Positions 1-10,289 are shown, counted from the stretch's first letter. The stretch: 64,000 bases of DNA from an uncultured Methylomirabilota bacterium (GCA_963705305.1 OY970067.1:864001-928000), one strand, 5' to 3'. The notes: generated by a model not told the origin, from the letters alone. Numbers and translations are program-made.

Positions 1-677
1 ACGTAGCGGCCGGCGATGGCCAGGTTGCTTGGTGCCCGATCCACGGGAGGCTTCTCCACCAGCTCGCGCAGGCGCAGCACGTTCGGGTTCGCCGGCTCCG
101 GGTCGCCGCCCACCACGCCGTACCGCGTCACCCGGTCGCGCGGAACCCGCTCCACCGCCACCACCGCGGACTGCGTGGCCTCGTAGACGTCCAGCAGTTG
201 GCGCAGCCCCGGCCGCTCGCCCGCCGGCGGGTCGATGATCGTGTCCCCCAGGAGCACCGCGAACGGCTGGTCGCCCATGTGGTCCCGTCCCAGTCGGATG
301 GCATCCCCCAGCCCCAGCTGCTGCTTCTGGCGGATGTAGTGGATTTGGGCCTGCTCGCCGATGTCCCGCACCGCCTCGATGAGGTCGTGCTTGCCCGTCG
401 TCGCCAGGAAGGCCTCCAGCTCCGGGTTGAAGTCGAAGTGGTTCTCGATGGCCCGCTTGCCCCGGCCCGTGATGATGAGGATGTCGTCGATGCCGCTGGC
501 CACCGCCTCCTCGATCACGAACTGGAGGACCGGCTTGTCGATGATGGGCAGCATCTCCTTGGGCATGGACTTGGTTGCCGGCAGGAATCGCGTGCCCATG
601 CCCGCGGCGGGGATGACCGCCTTGCGCACGGTCCGGGGGGCGGGGGAGGCTGGGAAGTGGGGGCGGGGGGTGGTCAT
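1..677 (-). CDS. galU: UTP--glucose-1-phosphate uridylyltransferase (3' end beyond window edge)
   Basis: Not in the ORF track. Manual translation from ATG at 677 gives VRKAVIPAAGMGTRFLPATKSMPKEMLPIIDKP...LGLGDAI...VLLGD...LVEKP, the GalU signature motifs. Confidence 0.93.
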   Translation of the reverse strand, partial: MTTPRPHFPASPAPRTVRKAVIPAAGMGTRFLPATKSMPKEMLPIIDKPVLQFVIEEAVASGIDDILIITGRGKRAIENHFDFNPELEAFLATTGKHDLIEAVRDIGEQAQIHYIRQKQQLGLGDAIRLGRDHMGDQPFAVLLGDTIIDPPAGERPGLRQLLDVYEATQSAVVAVERVPRDRVTRYGVVGGDPEPANPNVLRLRELVEKPPVDRAPSNLAIAGRY

Positions 678-761
678 GGGTTCACCATCCCGGAGGCGTC
701 GCGGAACGATTCCATGGCGAAAGGCGGACCGTTCCGCCCGCGCCCGACCAACGGCTCCGGC

Positions 762-1754
762 TCACAGGATCTCCGGCACGATGAGCTTGGCCCCCATGGC
801 GGCATAGGCGGCGGTGAGGCGCTCCAGCCGCTTCGGGTCCCCATCGTAGCATCCGACCACGGCCCCGCCGGAGCCGGCGAACTTGACCGAGGCGCCGAGC
901 GCTCGCCCGGTCTCCACCAGGCTGCGGTTCCCGGGGCTGATGTTGAGGAGTCTGGCGCGCAGGTCGAAGTTTGCGTCCATGAGAGGGCCGATCTCCGCCC
1001 CCCGGCCCGCGGCGAGCAGATCCCGCGCCTGCTGGGCCAAATCCGCCCATCGCTTGATGCCGTCGAGCACCTCCGGCTCGCCGCGCCGATACCGGCTGCG
1101 GAGATCGTTGTGCGTGAGCTCCGTTCCCTCGGCCAGGCAGTCATGGTAGGCCACGAACAGCGGGGGCAGCAGTCGGGGGTCCATCTGCTCGTACCGGCCG
1201 TACCCGTCGCGCGCCATCCGCTCCTGGTCGAAATCCATGAACACCGCGCCCTCGTAAATTTGGATCACGCGGTCCTGCAGACCGGCGCCGATTTTCAGCT
1301 CGTCCAGCTCCACGCTGAGGATGAGCCCCGGCAGGACGGGCTGGGGGATGTCCACGCCGAAGAATTGCATCAGGGCCCGCACCGTGGCCGTGATGATGGC
1401 GCTGGATCCGGCCAGACCCACGCGGACGGGGATGTCGGTTTCATACTCGATGCTGAAGTTCCGGGCGAGGGGCACTCCCGACGCGTTGCAGTAGTCGCCG
1501 AAGCGTTTGATGGCGGCCTTGATGAGGCGGACGCCGCCGTAGTACCCGTGCAGGCGCACGTCCGCAGACAGGTCCTCGAAATCCCGGAACTCCAGCCGGT
1601 CGCTCCGCTGCGGCAGGACGGTCAGCCGGGGAGATTCGTACAGGGTCACCCGGGCGCTGAAATTCCGGATGATGAAGGAGATGGTCTTGCCGAAGTAGCC
1701 GTCCGACGGATTGCCGATCAGCCCCGCCCGGGCGTAGGCTCTGGTCTGAATCAT
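762..1754 (-). CDS. GHMP-family sugar kinase, glucuronokinase-like
   Basis: ARAGLIGNPSDGY, PVRVGLAGSSA (GHMP ATP-binding loop), GLQDRVIQIY, KFAGSGGA; start taken at MIQTR (1754). Confidence 0.82.
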   Translation of the reverse strand: MIQTRAYARAGLIGNPSDGYFGKTISFIIRNFSARVTLYESPRLTVLPQRSDRLEFRDFEDLSADVRLHGYYGGVRLIKAAIKRFGDYCNASGVPLARNFSIEYETDIPVRVGLAGSSAIITATVRALMQFFGVDIPQPVLPGLILSVELDELKIGAGLQDRVIQIYEGAVFMDFDQERMARDGYGRYEQMDPRLLPPLFVAYHDCLAEGTELTHNDLRSRYRRGEPEVLDGIKRWADLAQQARDLLAAGRGAEIGPLMDANFDLRARLLNISPGNRSLVETGRALGASVKFAGSGGAVVGCYDGDPKRLERLTAAYAAMGAKLIVPEIL

Positions 1755-1844
1755 GCTGCGAACCCCTTGCAGGTCCCGGCGCCCGGCCGCGAAGCTCGGA
1801 AGGCCCGGGACGACGGATCCCGCTGCACAGCTCGAAGCCGGAGC

Positions 1845-1874
1845 AGCATGCCGCGCACGCCCCGGCGCTGTCAA
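1845..1874 (-). promoter_or_regulatory. Putative sigma70 promoter for GHMP kinase-galU
   Basis: Minus strand TTGACA-N18-CATGCT, about 90 nt upstream of the kinase start. Confidence 0.4.
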
Positions 1875-2202
1875 GGGAAAACGGGGCGGGCGGAGCCGGC
1901 GCGCCGGGCGCGATCCCGACCGACCGCGACCCTCGCGAGACGGTCGGCCGCCATTCGGGCTACGGGTTCAAGATTCATGGACGCATCCAAGACATGTCCG
2001 GGGCACCCTTGGAAATTTCCAGCTGCGGCGGAATGGGTGTCCGGAGCGGCGGAACACCCCCATCTTCGGCTTGACTTCGGGGGGCGGGCAAGTGTAGCTT
2101 TCGCCGGGTTCTACCAGGTGCCGGCGGCGGAGAGATCACCGCGGCGGCTGGAGAAATCGCAGGGCGGGAGGCGGAACCCGACCGAAAGCCGAGGCGCAGG
2201 TC

Positions 2203-3225
2203 ATGCCCGATACCCATGGAATCTCCTATCCCCAGCCCGAGCCGCCGGCAATGGGACAGGCGGTGACCGTCGCCCCCGGCATTGTCTGGCTCCGGATGCC
2301 CCTGCCCTTCCAGCTCGACCACATCAATGTCTGGCTCCTTGAGGACGGGAACGGCTGGACGGTCGTCGACGCGGGAATCGGACTGGACGAGACGCAGAGG
2401 CTGTGGCGGGGCGTCCTCGGGGCGGAGCTCCACGGCCGGCCGGTAACGCGCGTCGTGGTCGGCCACTTCCACCCGGACCACATGGGCTGCGCCCACTGGC
2501 TGGCCGCCCGCTTCGGCGTCGCTCTCTGGTGTCCCCAGGCCGAATGGCTTGCGGCTCAGCTCGCCTGGCAGGTGGACGACCTGGATCAGCGCCTGGCACA
2601 CTACCGGCGCACCGGCGTCGGCCCGGAGATGCTGGCGGCGCTCCGCCGCCGCGGCCATCCCTACCGGCAGGTCGTCCCCTCGATCGCTCCGGAATTCTGC
2701 TGCCTCCGCGAGGGGGACACCCTCGCCATCGGGGGACGCGAATGGCGCGTCCTGACGCTCCCCGGCCATTCCCCCGAGCAGCTCTGCCTCTACGCCCCCG
2801 GGGACGACGTTCTCATCTCCGGGGATCAAGTTCTGCCCGTCATTACCACCAACATCAGCGTCGTGCCCGCTCAGCCGCTCGAGAACCCGCTGCGGCTCTA
2901 CCTGGAATCGCTGGAGCGGTTTCGGTCCATGCTCGGAGACACCCTCGTGCTCCCGTCGCACGGCCTCCCCTTCCGCGGGCTGCATGCCAGGCTCGATTCT
3001 CTTCGCCTCCACCACACCGAGCGTCTGGCCCGGACGGCGGATGCGCTGGCCGAGCCGAGAACCGGTGCTGACCTCCTCCCCATCCTCTTCGAGCGCCAGC
3101 TGGACATCCACCAGTTCGGCTTCGCCATCGGTGAGGCGCTGGCCCACCTCCATTACCTCGAGTGGCAAGGCCGAGCCGTACGGATGGTGGGCGCGGACGG
3201 CATCCACCGCTTCCAGCGCCGGTGA
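2203..3225 (+). CDS. MBL-fold metallo-hydrolase
   Basis: HFHPDH, PGHSP, SGD and PSHG metal-binding motifs. Confidence 0.9.
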   Translation: MPDTHGISYPQPEPPAMGQAVTVAPGIVWLRMPLPFQLDHINVWLLEDGNGWTVVDAGIGLDETQRLWRGVLGAELHGRPVTRVVVGHFHPDHMGCAHWLAARFGVALWCPQAEWLAAQLAWQVDDLDQRLAHYRRTGVGPEMLAALRRRGHPYRQVVPSIAPEFCCLREGDTLAIGGREWRVLTLPGHSPEQLCLYAPGDDVLISGDQVLPVITTNISVVPAQPLENPLRLYLESLERFRSMLGDTLVLPSHGLPFRGLHARLDSLRLHHTERLARTADALAEPRTGADLLPILFERQLDIHQFGFAIGEALAHLHYLEWQGRAVRMVGADGIHRFQRR

Positions 3226-3322
3226 GCCGCATCGCTCCACCGGCCGAGGGGGCTCCCCCGTCGCCTCACCCGCCCGGCCGGCGCCTCTGCCGGCAGCATC
3301 CCGGCGGGATGGTCCAGGCGAC

Positions 3323-3351
3323 TTGACCCCCTCCCGCCTCCCGGCTATCCT
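3323..3351 (+). promoter_or_regulatory. Putative sigma70 promoter for mscS
   Basis: TTGACC-N17-TATCCT. Confidence 0.4.
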
Positions 3352-3397
3352 CCGCGCAGCATCCGGCCGGCCATCGCCGCTTCCAAAGGAGGACGCC

Positions 3398-4210
3398 ATG
3401 GACCCATCCGTAATCCTGAACCTCATCACCGACCTCCTGGTCCGCTACAGCTTCCAGGTCCTCGCCGCCCTGGCCATCCTCGCCGCGGGATTCCTGTGTG
3501 CCCGCTGGACCGGCCAGTTCATCGAGCGCTCGCTCCGCCGGACGCCGATCGAGGCGCATCTCCAGCGCCTGGTGGTGCGGGCCGGAAAGCTCTTGGTCCT
3601 CGCCTTCACGGTCATCGTGGCCCTCGACAAGTTCGGCGTTCAGGTGACCGCCCTGGTGGCCGGCATCAGCGTGGCGGGCCTCGCCGGCGGCCTCGCCCTC
3701 CAGGGCGTCCTGGCGAACCTCGCGGCGGGGGTCAGCATCATGTTCTCCCGCTACTTCCGCATCGGGGATTACATCGAGATCGGAGCCGTCAGGGGGCAGG
3801 TGACCTCCATCGACCTGAGCATGACGGTGCTCCGCACGCTGGAGGACGCCCAGGTGATCGTGCCCAACCGGCGGATCCTCGGCGAGGTCATCTACAACTA
3901 CACGGCGGAGCGGCGGGTCACCCTCTATGTGGAGGTGGGGTACGGCGAGGACCTCGACAAGGCGCTCGGCGCCGTGCAGGCGGTCCTGGCAGAGAACCCC
4001 CGCGTCCTCAAGAACCCCCCGCCCGACGTGGGCATCGTGCACCTGTCGGAGTCGGGGATCCAGATCGCCCTCCGACCCTGGTGCAAGGCGGAGGATTATT
4101 GGCGGGTGCAGTACGAGGTCTACCGCGCGATCCTGGAGCGCTTCCGCCAGGAGAAGATCCCGATCCCGTTCCCGACGCGGGAGGTGCGCCTGGTGCAATC
4201 CCCGGCCTGA
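3398..4210 (+). CDS. mscS: Small-conductance mechanosensitive channel
   Basis: GLALQGVLANLAAG, FRIGDYIEIG, IVPN, IPIPFP; AGGAGG RBS before ATG 3398. Confidence 0.9.
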   Translation: MDPSVILNLITDLLVRYSFQVLAALAILAAGFLCARWTGQFIERSLRRTPIEAHLQRLVVRAGKLLVLAFTVIVALDKFGVQVTALVAGISVAGLAGGLALQGVLANLAAGVSIMFSRYFRIGDYIEIGAVRGQVTSIDLSMTVLRTLEDAQVIVPNRRILGEVIYNYTAERRVTLYVEVGYGEDLDKALGAVQAVLAENPRVLKNPPPDVGIVHLSESGIQIALRPWCKAEDYWRVQYEVYRAILERFRQEKIPIPFPTREVRLVQSPA

Positions 4211-4839
4211 CCGCCCGGACAGGCCCCGCAGGCGCGAGCGTGCGGGCCGGGGCTCCTCGGTGTCCGGACTGCCGGGGATGCCTCCGCGCGGATCCGTCGT
4301 TCCGGCCCGGGGACGGCACGACAGGGGACGACAAGCCGCCTCTCCCTCGGCGGCCCAGAATCAAACAACGGAATTCATATTGCAGCGTCCCCTGCTTTAC
4401 CGTTGCGCTTTGCGCGTCCGTCCAGACGAAATGCGGCTGGATCACCCCCGCTTCTTTCACATCGCAGACAAATGCGCTTCATAAGTGACCTGCGTCCCCT
4501 GGATTGCTGCTGGGCCCGGGCCAGGTCCTGATCGCGTCCGGCGCCAGTCTTCGGGCCAAGGCCCGGGGCTTCCTCCTCCCGGAATCGGCGATGGGTTGCG
4601 CATCTAACAGGACTCCAGCAGTCCGGAAACACCTTGACGGCCACACGCTATGCTGGGAGTATTCGCCTCGCGTGGCGGCCGGCTCTCTTCTTGCCTCCGC
4701 CCGTTTCGATGGCGAGGAAGCCCATGATCCATCAATTGATTTGCAGGCGCTCCTGCCGACGGTCCTCGCAAGAGTGTCTGGACGCTCTGCCGGCGTGCAT
4801 ACTGCTGTCTCGAAGGAGGCTGGAGGTGTCATCGTGCGA

Positions 4840-5754
4840 ATGAGCCGTCGCGAGCTGCTCGGAGCCGGCATCGCTGCGGGGGCCTCGATCCTCCTGTCCT
4901 CCGCGAGCGCGCGCGCCCAGGAGGCTTCCCTGATCCAGCGGAGGATTCCATCCACCGGCGAGCGCCTGCCGGTCATCGGAATCGGGACGGCCCGTCGCTA
5001 CGAGGCGGTCGCCACGGAGGCGGAGCGGGCCCCCCTCCGGGAGGCGCTGCGCCGATTCAAGGAGCTGGGGGGGAAAGTCATCGATACCGCGCCGTCGTAC
5101 GGAACCGCGGAATCGGTGGTGGGCGATCTGACGGCGGAGCTCGAGATTCGAGCGTCGCTGTTCATCGCGACAAAGCTCGGGGCTTACGGCCGCGAGGCCG
5201 GGATCGAGCAGCTGGAGCAGTCCTTCAAGCGCCTGCGCACACCCACCATCGACCTGATCGCGGTGCACAACCTGCAGGACACCCTGACGCAGCTCGCCAC
5301 CCTTCGCCAGTGGAAGCGGGCCGGTCGGATTCGATACGTCGGGATCACGACATCCTTCGAGCGGCAGTTTCCGGAATTTGAGCAGACGATGAAGGCCGAG
5401 GCGCTCGACTTCATCCAGGTGGACTATGCGCTCGACAATCGGAAGGCGGACGAACGGATCCTGCCGCTGGCGGCCGACCGGGGAATGGGCGCGATGATCA
5501 ACCTGCCGTTTGGGCGGGGGCGGCTCTTCCGGGCGGTGCAGGGCCAGCGCCTGCCGACATGGGCGTCGGAGTTCGATTGCGCGAGCTGGGCCCAGTTCTT
5601 CCTGAAGTATATCGTCTCCCACCCGGCGGTGACCTGCGCCGTGCCGGGGACCGCGAAGGTCGAGTACGTCGTCGATAACCTTGGGGCTGCGCGCGGGCGG
5701 CTGCCCGACGCGGCCATGCGCCGCCGCATGGAGCGCTTCATCGATGGGCTGTGA
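4840..5754 (+). CDS. Aldo/keto reductase with twin-arginine signal peptide
   Basis: SRRELL...ARA signal; IDTAPSYG, IATK, IDLIAVHN, RIRYVGIT. Confidence 0.88.
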   Translation: MSRRELLGAGIAAGASILLSSASARAQEASLIQRRIPSTGERLPVIGIGTARRYEAVATEAERAPLREALRRFKELGGKVIDTAPSYGTAESVVGDLTAELEIRASLFIATKLGAYGREAGIEQLEQSFKRLRTPTIDLIAVHNLQDTLTQLATLRQWKRAGRIRYVGITTSFERQFPEFEQTMKAEALDFIQVDYALDNRKADERILPLAADRGMGAMINLPFGRGRLFRAVQGQRLPTWASEFDCASWAQFFLKYIVSHPAVTCAVPGTAKVEYVVDNLGAARGRLPDAAMRRRMERFIDGL

Positions 5755-6028
5755 GGCCCGAGAGTGACCGTATGCCGGGCCGGGAGTGTTACCGGCCGAT
5801 CTGAGGGCGGGAGGCCGGGATGACCCGCGAGCCTGTCGGCGGCAACCCGGTCGCCGGAAGCACGCCTGCCCGCCTAATCCGCTGGTCGGCCTTCCGAACT
5901 GAATCCGCAGACGATCGACCGAGTCGGCGAGCCCCGCGGGCGTGCCTGGAGCCTGGACAGGTGGCGCTGAAGTCGGTCGGGGCGTGCAGGCAGAGGGTGA
6001 GGGAGGCGACCCGCACCCGGGCGCTGCG

Positions 6029-6862
6029 TCACTGCAAGAGCGTCTGGGGATCTCCGGCCAGCTCGACGTCGCCTTTGGCAGAGGCGAAGGCGTAGTGACT
6101 CAGGCTGGATCGGCGGAAGTCGCAGATCAGCTGCTCGAGCCGCCCAAGGTCATAGTGGGTGATGAATTCCTTGTACTTCCGATGGCGGAGGTAGGCCACT
6201 GCGAGGCGCAGCATCTCGTATCGCTCATACCGCAGCGTTGCCGTCAGCTGCGTCTTCCGATCACGGACGTAAGCCGACAGGCGGTCAAGGTCAATCCGAA
6301 TGCTGCTGAAGCCGAAGTCGATCCGTTTCCACAGCGAGCACATCTCCCCCGACTGGAGACTCTCCGGATACTGATGCACGACATTCTGGGAGACGCGCGC
6401 GTCGTCGGCGTCGGTCGTGTCGTACCCCAGGTCGACCCCGGCACTCGCGAAGTGCTCGACGAACGGGTTCCAGTCGCGGAGGATGACGGGGTCGTTCCCG
6501 CCGGGTTGCAGCCAGGAGAAACCGTCGCGTCCGAAGGCCCACTCGTACAGGTATGCCTCGCGCGGTTCCCGCTCGCCGCCACTGAATGAGCCCAGGACGC
6601 GGGGCACGTGGGCAAACACGTAGACCCCCGACCGGTAGAAAAAATCGTCCAGTTTCTTGGCGACGAGGTGGCGGATGAACATCTCGTGGCCGACGAACGG
6701 GGCTTGGTTGTACTCGATCCGGAGGGCGGAGGCCACGCCTTCCTGGGTCACGATGGTCCCCCCCAGTCCCGGAAACCGCGTCCGCAGCTCCATGATGATC
6801 CGCGCTTCGCTGCCGGCACCCGCCTCGCGAATGGGCTCGACGACTCCGTCTTGGAGGGTCAT
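6029..6862 (-). CDS. Hypothetical protein, possibly kinase-like fold
   Basis: 277-aa ORF with normal composition and GGAG RBS; YLYEWAFG, D..QNVV and RIDFG motifs. Confidence 0.7.
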   Translation of the reverse strand: MTLQDGVVEPIREAGAGSEARIIMELRTRFPGLGGTIVTQEGVASALRIEYNQAPFVGHEMFIRHLVAKKLDDFFYRSGVYVFAHVPRVLGSFSGGEREPREAYLYEWAFGRDGFSWLQPGGNDPVILRDWNPFVEHFASAGVDLGYDTTDADDARVSQNVVHQYPESLQSGEMCSLWKRIDFGFSSIRIDLDRLSAYVRDRKTQLTATLRYERYEMLRLAVAYLRHRKYKEFITHYDLGRLEQLICDFRRSSLSHYAFASAKGDVELAGDPQTLLQ

Positions 6863-6952
6863 CTGACGATCTCCTCTGCACCAGAGGGGACGTTGCCAAC
6901 TTCAGCACATTGCCCGTACCGACCGCACTGCACTTCCGCCGGCCCCCCCCTG

Positions 6953-7435
6953 TCAACCGCGCTTCCGGTGGGCCTCTCGGTGCGCCAGGCTTACCTTGAC
7001 CACGACCTTGTGCAAGTCGTGCGGGCCCTGATAATGGCACATGGGCAGGTGGGCTTCCTCGGGGAAGAACACCGCAAAATGGGCCGGATGAATGACCAGC
7101 CGCCGGTAATTCTCGGGCGCGGCGTAGAACACGATGTCCTTGGCCGCATCGTACGACGTCACGACCTGGAGGCCTTCGACCGGGGCCAGGCCGATGATCT
7201 CTTCCCCCGACACCAGGTACTGGATGTCGATGTAATCCCGGTGGGACTCGAACTGTCCCTCCTCGGGGGCGCGGGAGGGAGATCGCATGACCATGGCGTA
7301 CACGGCGTCGCCTAGGATCTGATGCTTGCCCGGCGGCAGACTGCCGAGAACGCTCTTCTCCAGAAACTCGAACCCGGCCTCCAGCCCCTCGATCCCCTGG
7401 AGGCCCCGCCACGCGTATATCGACCCCTGAATCAT
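6953..7435 (-). CDS. YhcH/YjgK/YiaL (DUF386) family protein
   Basis: FESHRDYIDIQY...GEEII, FAVFFPEEAHLP, KVVVKV. Confidence 0.9.
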   Translation of the reverse strand: MIQGSIYAWRGLQGIEGLEAGFEFLEKSVLGSLPPGKHQILGDAVYAMVMRSPSRAPEEGQFESHRDYIDIQYLVSGEEIIGLAPVEGLQVVTSYDAAKDIVFYAAPENYRRLVIHPAHFAVFFPEEAHLPMCHYQGPHDLHKVVVKVSLAHREAHRKRG

Positions 7436-7470
7436 TCTCATCCTCCCGCGTCTGCAGACCCCCTGCACCC

Positions 7471-8616
7471 CTACACGTTAATCGGATATCCGCCGAGGTC
7501 CCGTGCCGCGTCGAACATGGCCACAATGTTCTCCGGCGGGACGTTGGCCTGGATGTTGTGCACCGAGCCGAAGACGAACCCGCCGCCGGGCGCCAGGTCG
7601 TGGATGCGGCGCTTGACGTCCTCCACCACCTGGGCAACCGTCCCCGTCCCCATGACGACCGGGTCGCAGCCGCCGCCCCAGAAGGTCAGGTCTTTGCCGA
7701 ACTCCCGCTTGAGCCGCGCCGAGTCCATCTCGGCCGCGTTGACCTGCACGGGGTTCAGGATGTCCAGCCCGACCTCGATGAGATCCGGAATCAGGCGGTA
7801 GATGGAGCCGCAGGAGTGGAGATACACGCGGGCCTTGGTCCGCTGCTTGATGGCCGCGACGAGCTGCCGGAGCCGGGGCTTGTAGATCTTCCGGAAGGTG
7901 GCGGGGGCCATCATCGGCCCGTGCTGGCTCCCCAGGTCCTCGTTGAGCTGGACCACGTCCACATAGGGCCCCACCCGGGCCAGGACCATGTCCCAGTAGG
8001 CGATCTGCCATTCCATGATCCGCTGGGTGAAGGCCTCCATGAGCGGCTGGCTGCCGGCCAGGTTCATGAACGCCTGCTCCAGCCCGAACATGTACCAGGA
8101 ATGCTCCCACAGTCCGGGCATGGCCCCGCACATCATGATGACCTTCTCGCCCGCCTCGAAGGCCGCCTTCACCTGTTCGGGGACGCCCGCGATGCGGGCC
8201 GGGTCGGTCGGATTCGGCCAGCGGTACTTCTCGAGGTCCGCCTCCGACTCGGCCTCGGGCAGCGGCACGGCCGCCATGTCGTAGTAGTAGCCGCCGGGAG
8301 GCATATGGTAGGTGGTGCCCCACTCGTCCACGTAGGAGTTGGTGGCGGGATCGATCCTGAAGACGTAGCCGCTGGGAGGCTTCGGGAAGAACGCCGCGCT
8401 GACCCGCTCGAAGCGCTGCAGGAGCTGCGGGTCGGGATCCACCAGGTAGGTGTGGTAGCTCCGGATGGCGGGCTCCGGCCCGCGGAGGCCGAGATGCTTC
8501 ATCAGCGCCTGGTGGGCGGCGAAATGGAGCGTCGTCTGACGGCCGCCGAAATCCAGGGGCACCCGGTCCGGCTCGTGATGGTCGAGGGCGGCCAGCGCCC
8601 GCTGCCGACAGTTCAT
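7471..8616 (-). CDS. Uroporphyrinogen decarboxylase/MtaA-CmuA superfamily protein
   Basis: EPDRVPLD, DEWG, EDLG, YLHSCGS, LNPVQ, GGGFVFGSVHNIQ. Confidence 0.88.
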   Translation of the reverse strand: MNCRQRALAALDHHEPDRVPLDFGGRQTTLHFAAHQALMKHLGLRGPEPAIRSYHTYLVDPDPQLLQRFERVSAAFFPKPPSGYVFRIDPATNSYVDEWGTTYHMPPGGYYYDMAAVPLPEAESEADLEKYRWPNPTDPARIAGVPEQVKAAFEAGEKVIMMCGAMPGLWEHSWYMFGLEQAFMNLAGSQPLMEAFTQRIMEWQIAYWDMVLARVGPYVDVVQLNEDLGSQHGPMMAPATFRKIYKPRLRQLVAAIKQRTKARVYLHSCGSIYRLIPDLIEVGLDILNPVQVNAAEMDSARLKREFGKDLTFWGGGCDPVVMGTGTVAQVVEDVKRRIHDLAPGGGFVFGSVHNIQANVPPENIVAMFDAARDLGGYPINV

Positions 8617-8663
8617 CGTGGGTCCCCTCCCGGACGCGGCGGCGAGGGCCGGCACGCCGCCCG

Positions 8664-9410
8664 TCATCGCGTGAAGATCGCGCCCCGCACGTAGTCGGCG
8701 TCGGGCGAGGCCAGGAAGGCCAGGATGCGGGCCACGCCCATGGGATCGCCCGCCTCCCTGACGGCCTCGGCCCGGGCCTGCTCGAGGTCGCGGCCGGCGG
8801 CCCGCGCCCGGTCCACCAGGTTCTCGATGCGCATGGGGGTGGCGATGCTGCTCGGACAGACCTCGTTGACCCGGATGCCGTGGGGGGCGAGCTGCGCCTC
8901 CAGCGTCATGGCGAACCCATGCACGCCCCCCTTGCTGGCGCCATAGGCCAGAGACGAGCTGGGGATCTTGGTGCCGGCCTCCGAGGCAAAGAGCAGGACC
9001 ACGCCCTTTTTGGCCTTGCGGAGGTGCGGCAGCGCCGCCTTCACGGTCAAGAAGGCGCCCTTCAAATTCACGTCCAGGACGCTCTCGAAGGTGGCCTCCT
9101 CCAGCGCATCGGCCTGGAGCATGGCGCCCTTGAGGATCCCGGCGCAGCAGATCAGCACGTCCAGCCGGCCGCACCGCTCTACGGCCGCCGACGCCAGCCC
9201 TACGCAGTCCTCCTCGCGACGGACGTCGGTCCGCACAAAGGTCGCCTCGCCGCCGGCCGACCGGATCTCGGCCGCGACGGCCCGGCCCTCCGCCTCTAGC
9301 ATGTCGCCGAGGACGACCTTCCCTCCCTCGGCGACGACGGCTTTGGCGGTGGCCGCCCCGATCCCCCGCCCGCCGCCCGTGATGACCACCACGCGGCCTT
9401 CCAGGCGCAT
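8664..9410 (-). CDS. SDR family oxidoreductase
   Basis: TGGGRGIG, CAG, YGASK catalytic motif, IRVN. Confidence 0.92.
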   Translation of the reverse strand: MRLEGRVVVITGGGRGIGAATAKAVVAEGGKVVLGDMLEAEGRAVAAEIRSAGGEATFVRTDVRREEDCVGLASAAVERCGRLDVLICCAGILKGAMLQADALEEATFESVLDVNLKGAFLTVKAALPHLRKAKKGVVLLFASEAGTKIPSSSLAYGASKGGVHGFAMTLEAQLAPHGIRVNEVCPSSIATPMRIENLVDRARAAGRDLEQARAEAVREAGDPMGVARILAFLASPDADYVRGAIFTR

Positions 9411-9454
9411 GCGCGTCCTCCGATCTCCCTTCATTCCCTCGGCCGCGGGTTTCA

Positions 9455-9628
9455 CAAGGTGCTGGGAAACTACCGTTCGACGAGGCCGCTCAAAAAGGCT
9501 CAGATGCAAGGCGCCGCGCCGGGTACCCATCCGTGAGGATGGGTGCAGGCGCGAGGCGTACTCCGCGCGTACGGCGCAGCGCCGCGGGAGCGCGGCAACG
9601 AAGCAGATGGGCCTTTTTCAGCAGCCTG
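9455..9628 (-). mobile_element. MITE copy 1 (IS5-like ends, decayed outer end)
   Basis: Minus strand begins CAGGCTGCTGAAAAAGGCCCATCTGC directly after the TGA stop at 9629; alignable along its length to the copy at 33741. Confidence 0.75.
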
Positions 9629-10267
9629 TCAGGCGTCCACGGTCACCAGCGGCAGCATCCGCTGGAGGAGCGCTTCGGCCCGCACCGGGTTGTAGATCCC
9701 GCAGTGACAGGGCCGGGTCAGCTCCAGGCCCGCCTCTCGCACCGTCTTCTTCCCCCGCCTGATCTCGGCCAGCATCCGCTCGACCAGATTGGCCGGAACC
9801 ATGCCGTGCCCGCACATGGTGGTCAGCTGGAGGACCTCGTCCGCCGGCAGCTTCCTGTACTGGCCGAAGATGCCCAGGGAATTCTCCACCGTGTGCTTGG
9901 CGAGGCCGCTCTCGCGGCAGCCCTTCTCGGTCTCCTCGTGGATCCCCGTGACCACCACCGACATCCCCAGATCGGCCTCCTTCAGCTCCGCGAGGATCTT
10001 GACCACCTCCGCCTCGTCGGTGAAGACCCCATGGACGATGGAGGTGCTCTGGATGTTCCCGAGGATCTCTTCCCGGGACTTGACGTGACAGTTCCCCGTC
10101 ACCATGTCTCCGTAGTTGACCGGCCGGTGGCGCAACAGGATGCCCAGGAACTGCTTCATCCGCTCGGCCGAGCCCTCCTCATTGAGTCCCTTGGCCGACA
10201 TGGTGAAGACGATGTAGTCCTGGCTCAGGCTCTCCCGATCCCCCCGGCGGTGCAGTGTATGCGTCAC
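9629..10267 (-). CDS. Hypothetical His/Cys-rich protein
   Basis: GTG start with AGGAG RBS; THTLHR, KHTVE, TMCGHG, CHCGIYN motifs; co-oriented with the Fe-S genes. Confidence 0.8.
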   Translation of the reverse strand: MTHTLHRRGDRESLSQDYIVFTMSAKGLNEEGSAERMKQFLGILLRHRPVNYGDMVTGNCHVKSREEILGNIQSTSIVHGVFTDEAEVVKILAELKEADLGMSVVVTGIHEETEKGCRESGLAKHTVENSLGIFGQYRKLPADEVLQLTTMCGHGMVPANLVERMLAEIRRGKKTVREAGLELTRPCHCGIYNPVRAEALLQRMLPLVTVDA

Positions 10268-10289
10268 CCCACTCCTCCTCGACCAGTCG

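Noticed and set aside
7471..8616. hemE call for the URO-D-family genes
   Set aside because: They lack the HemE RQAGR motif and any heme-pathway context.
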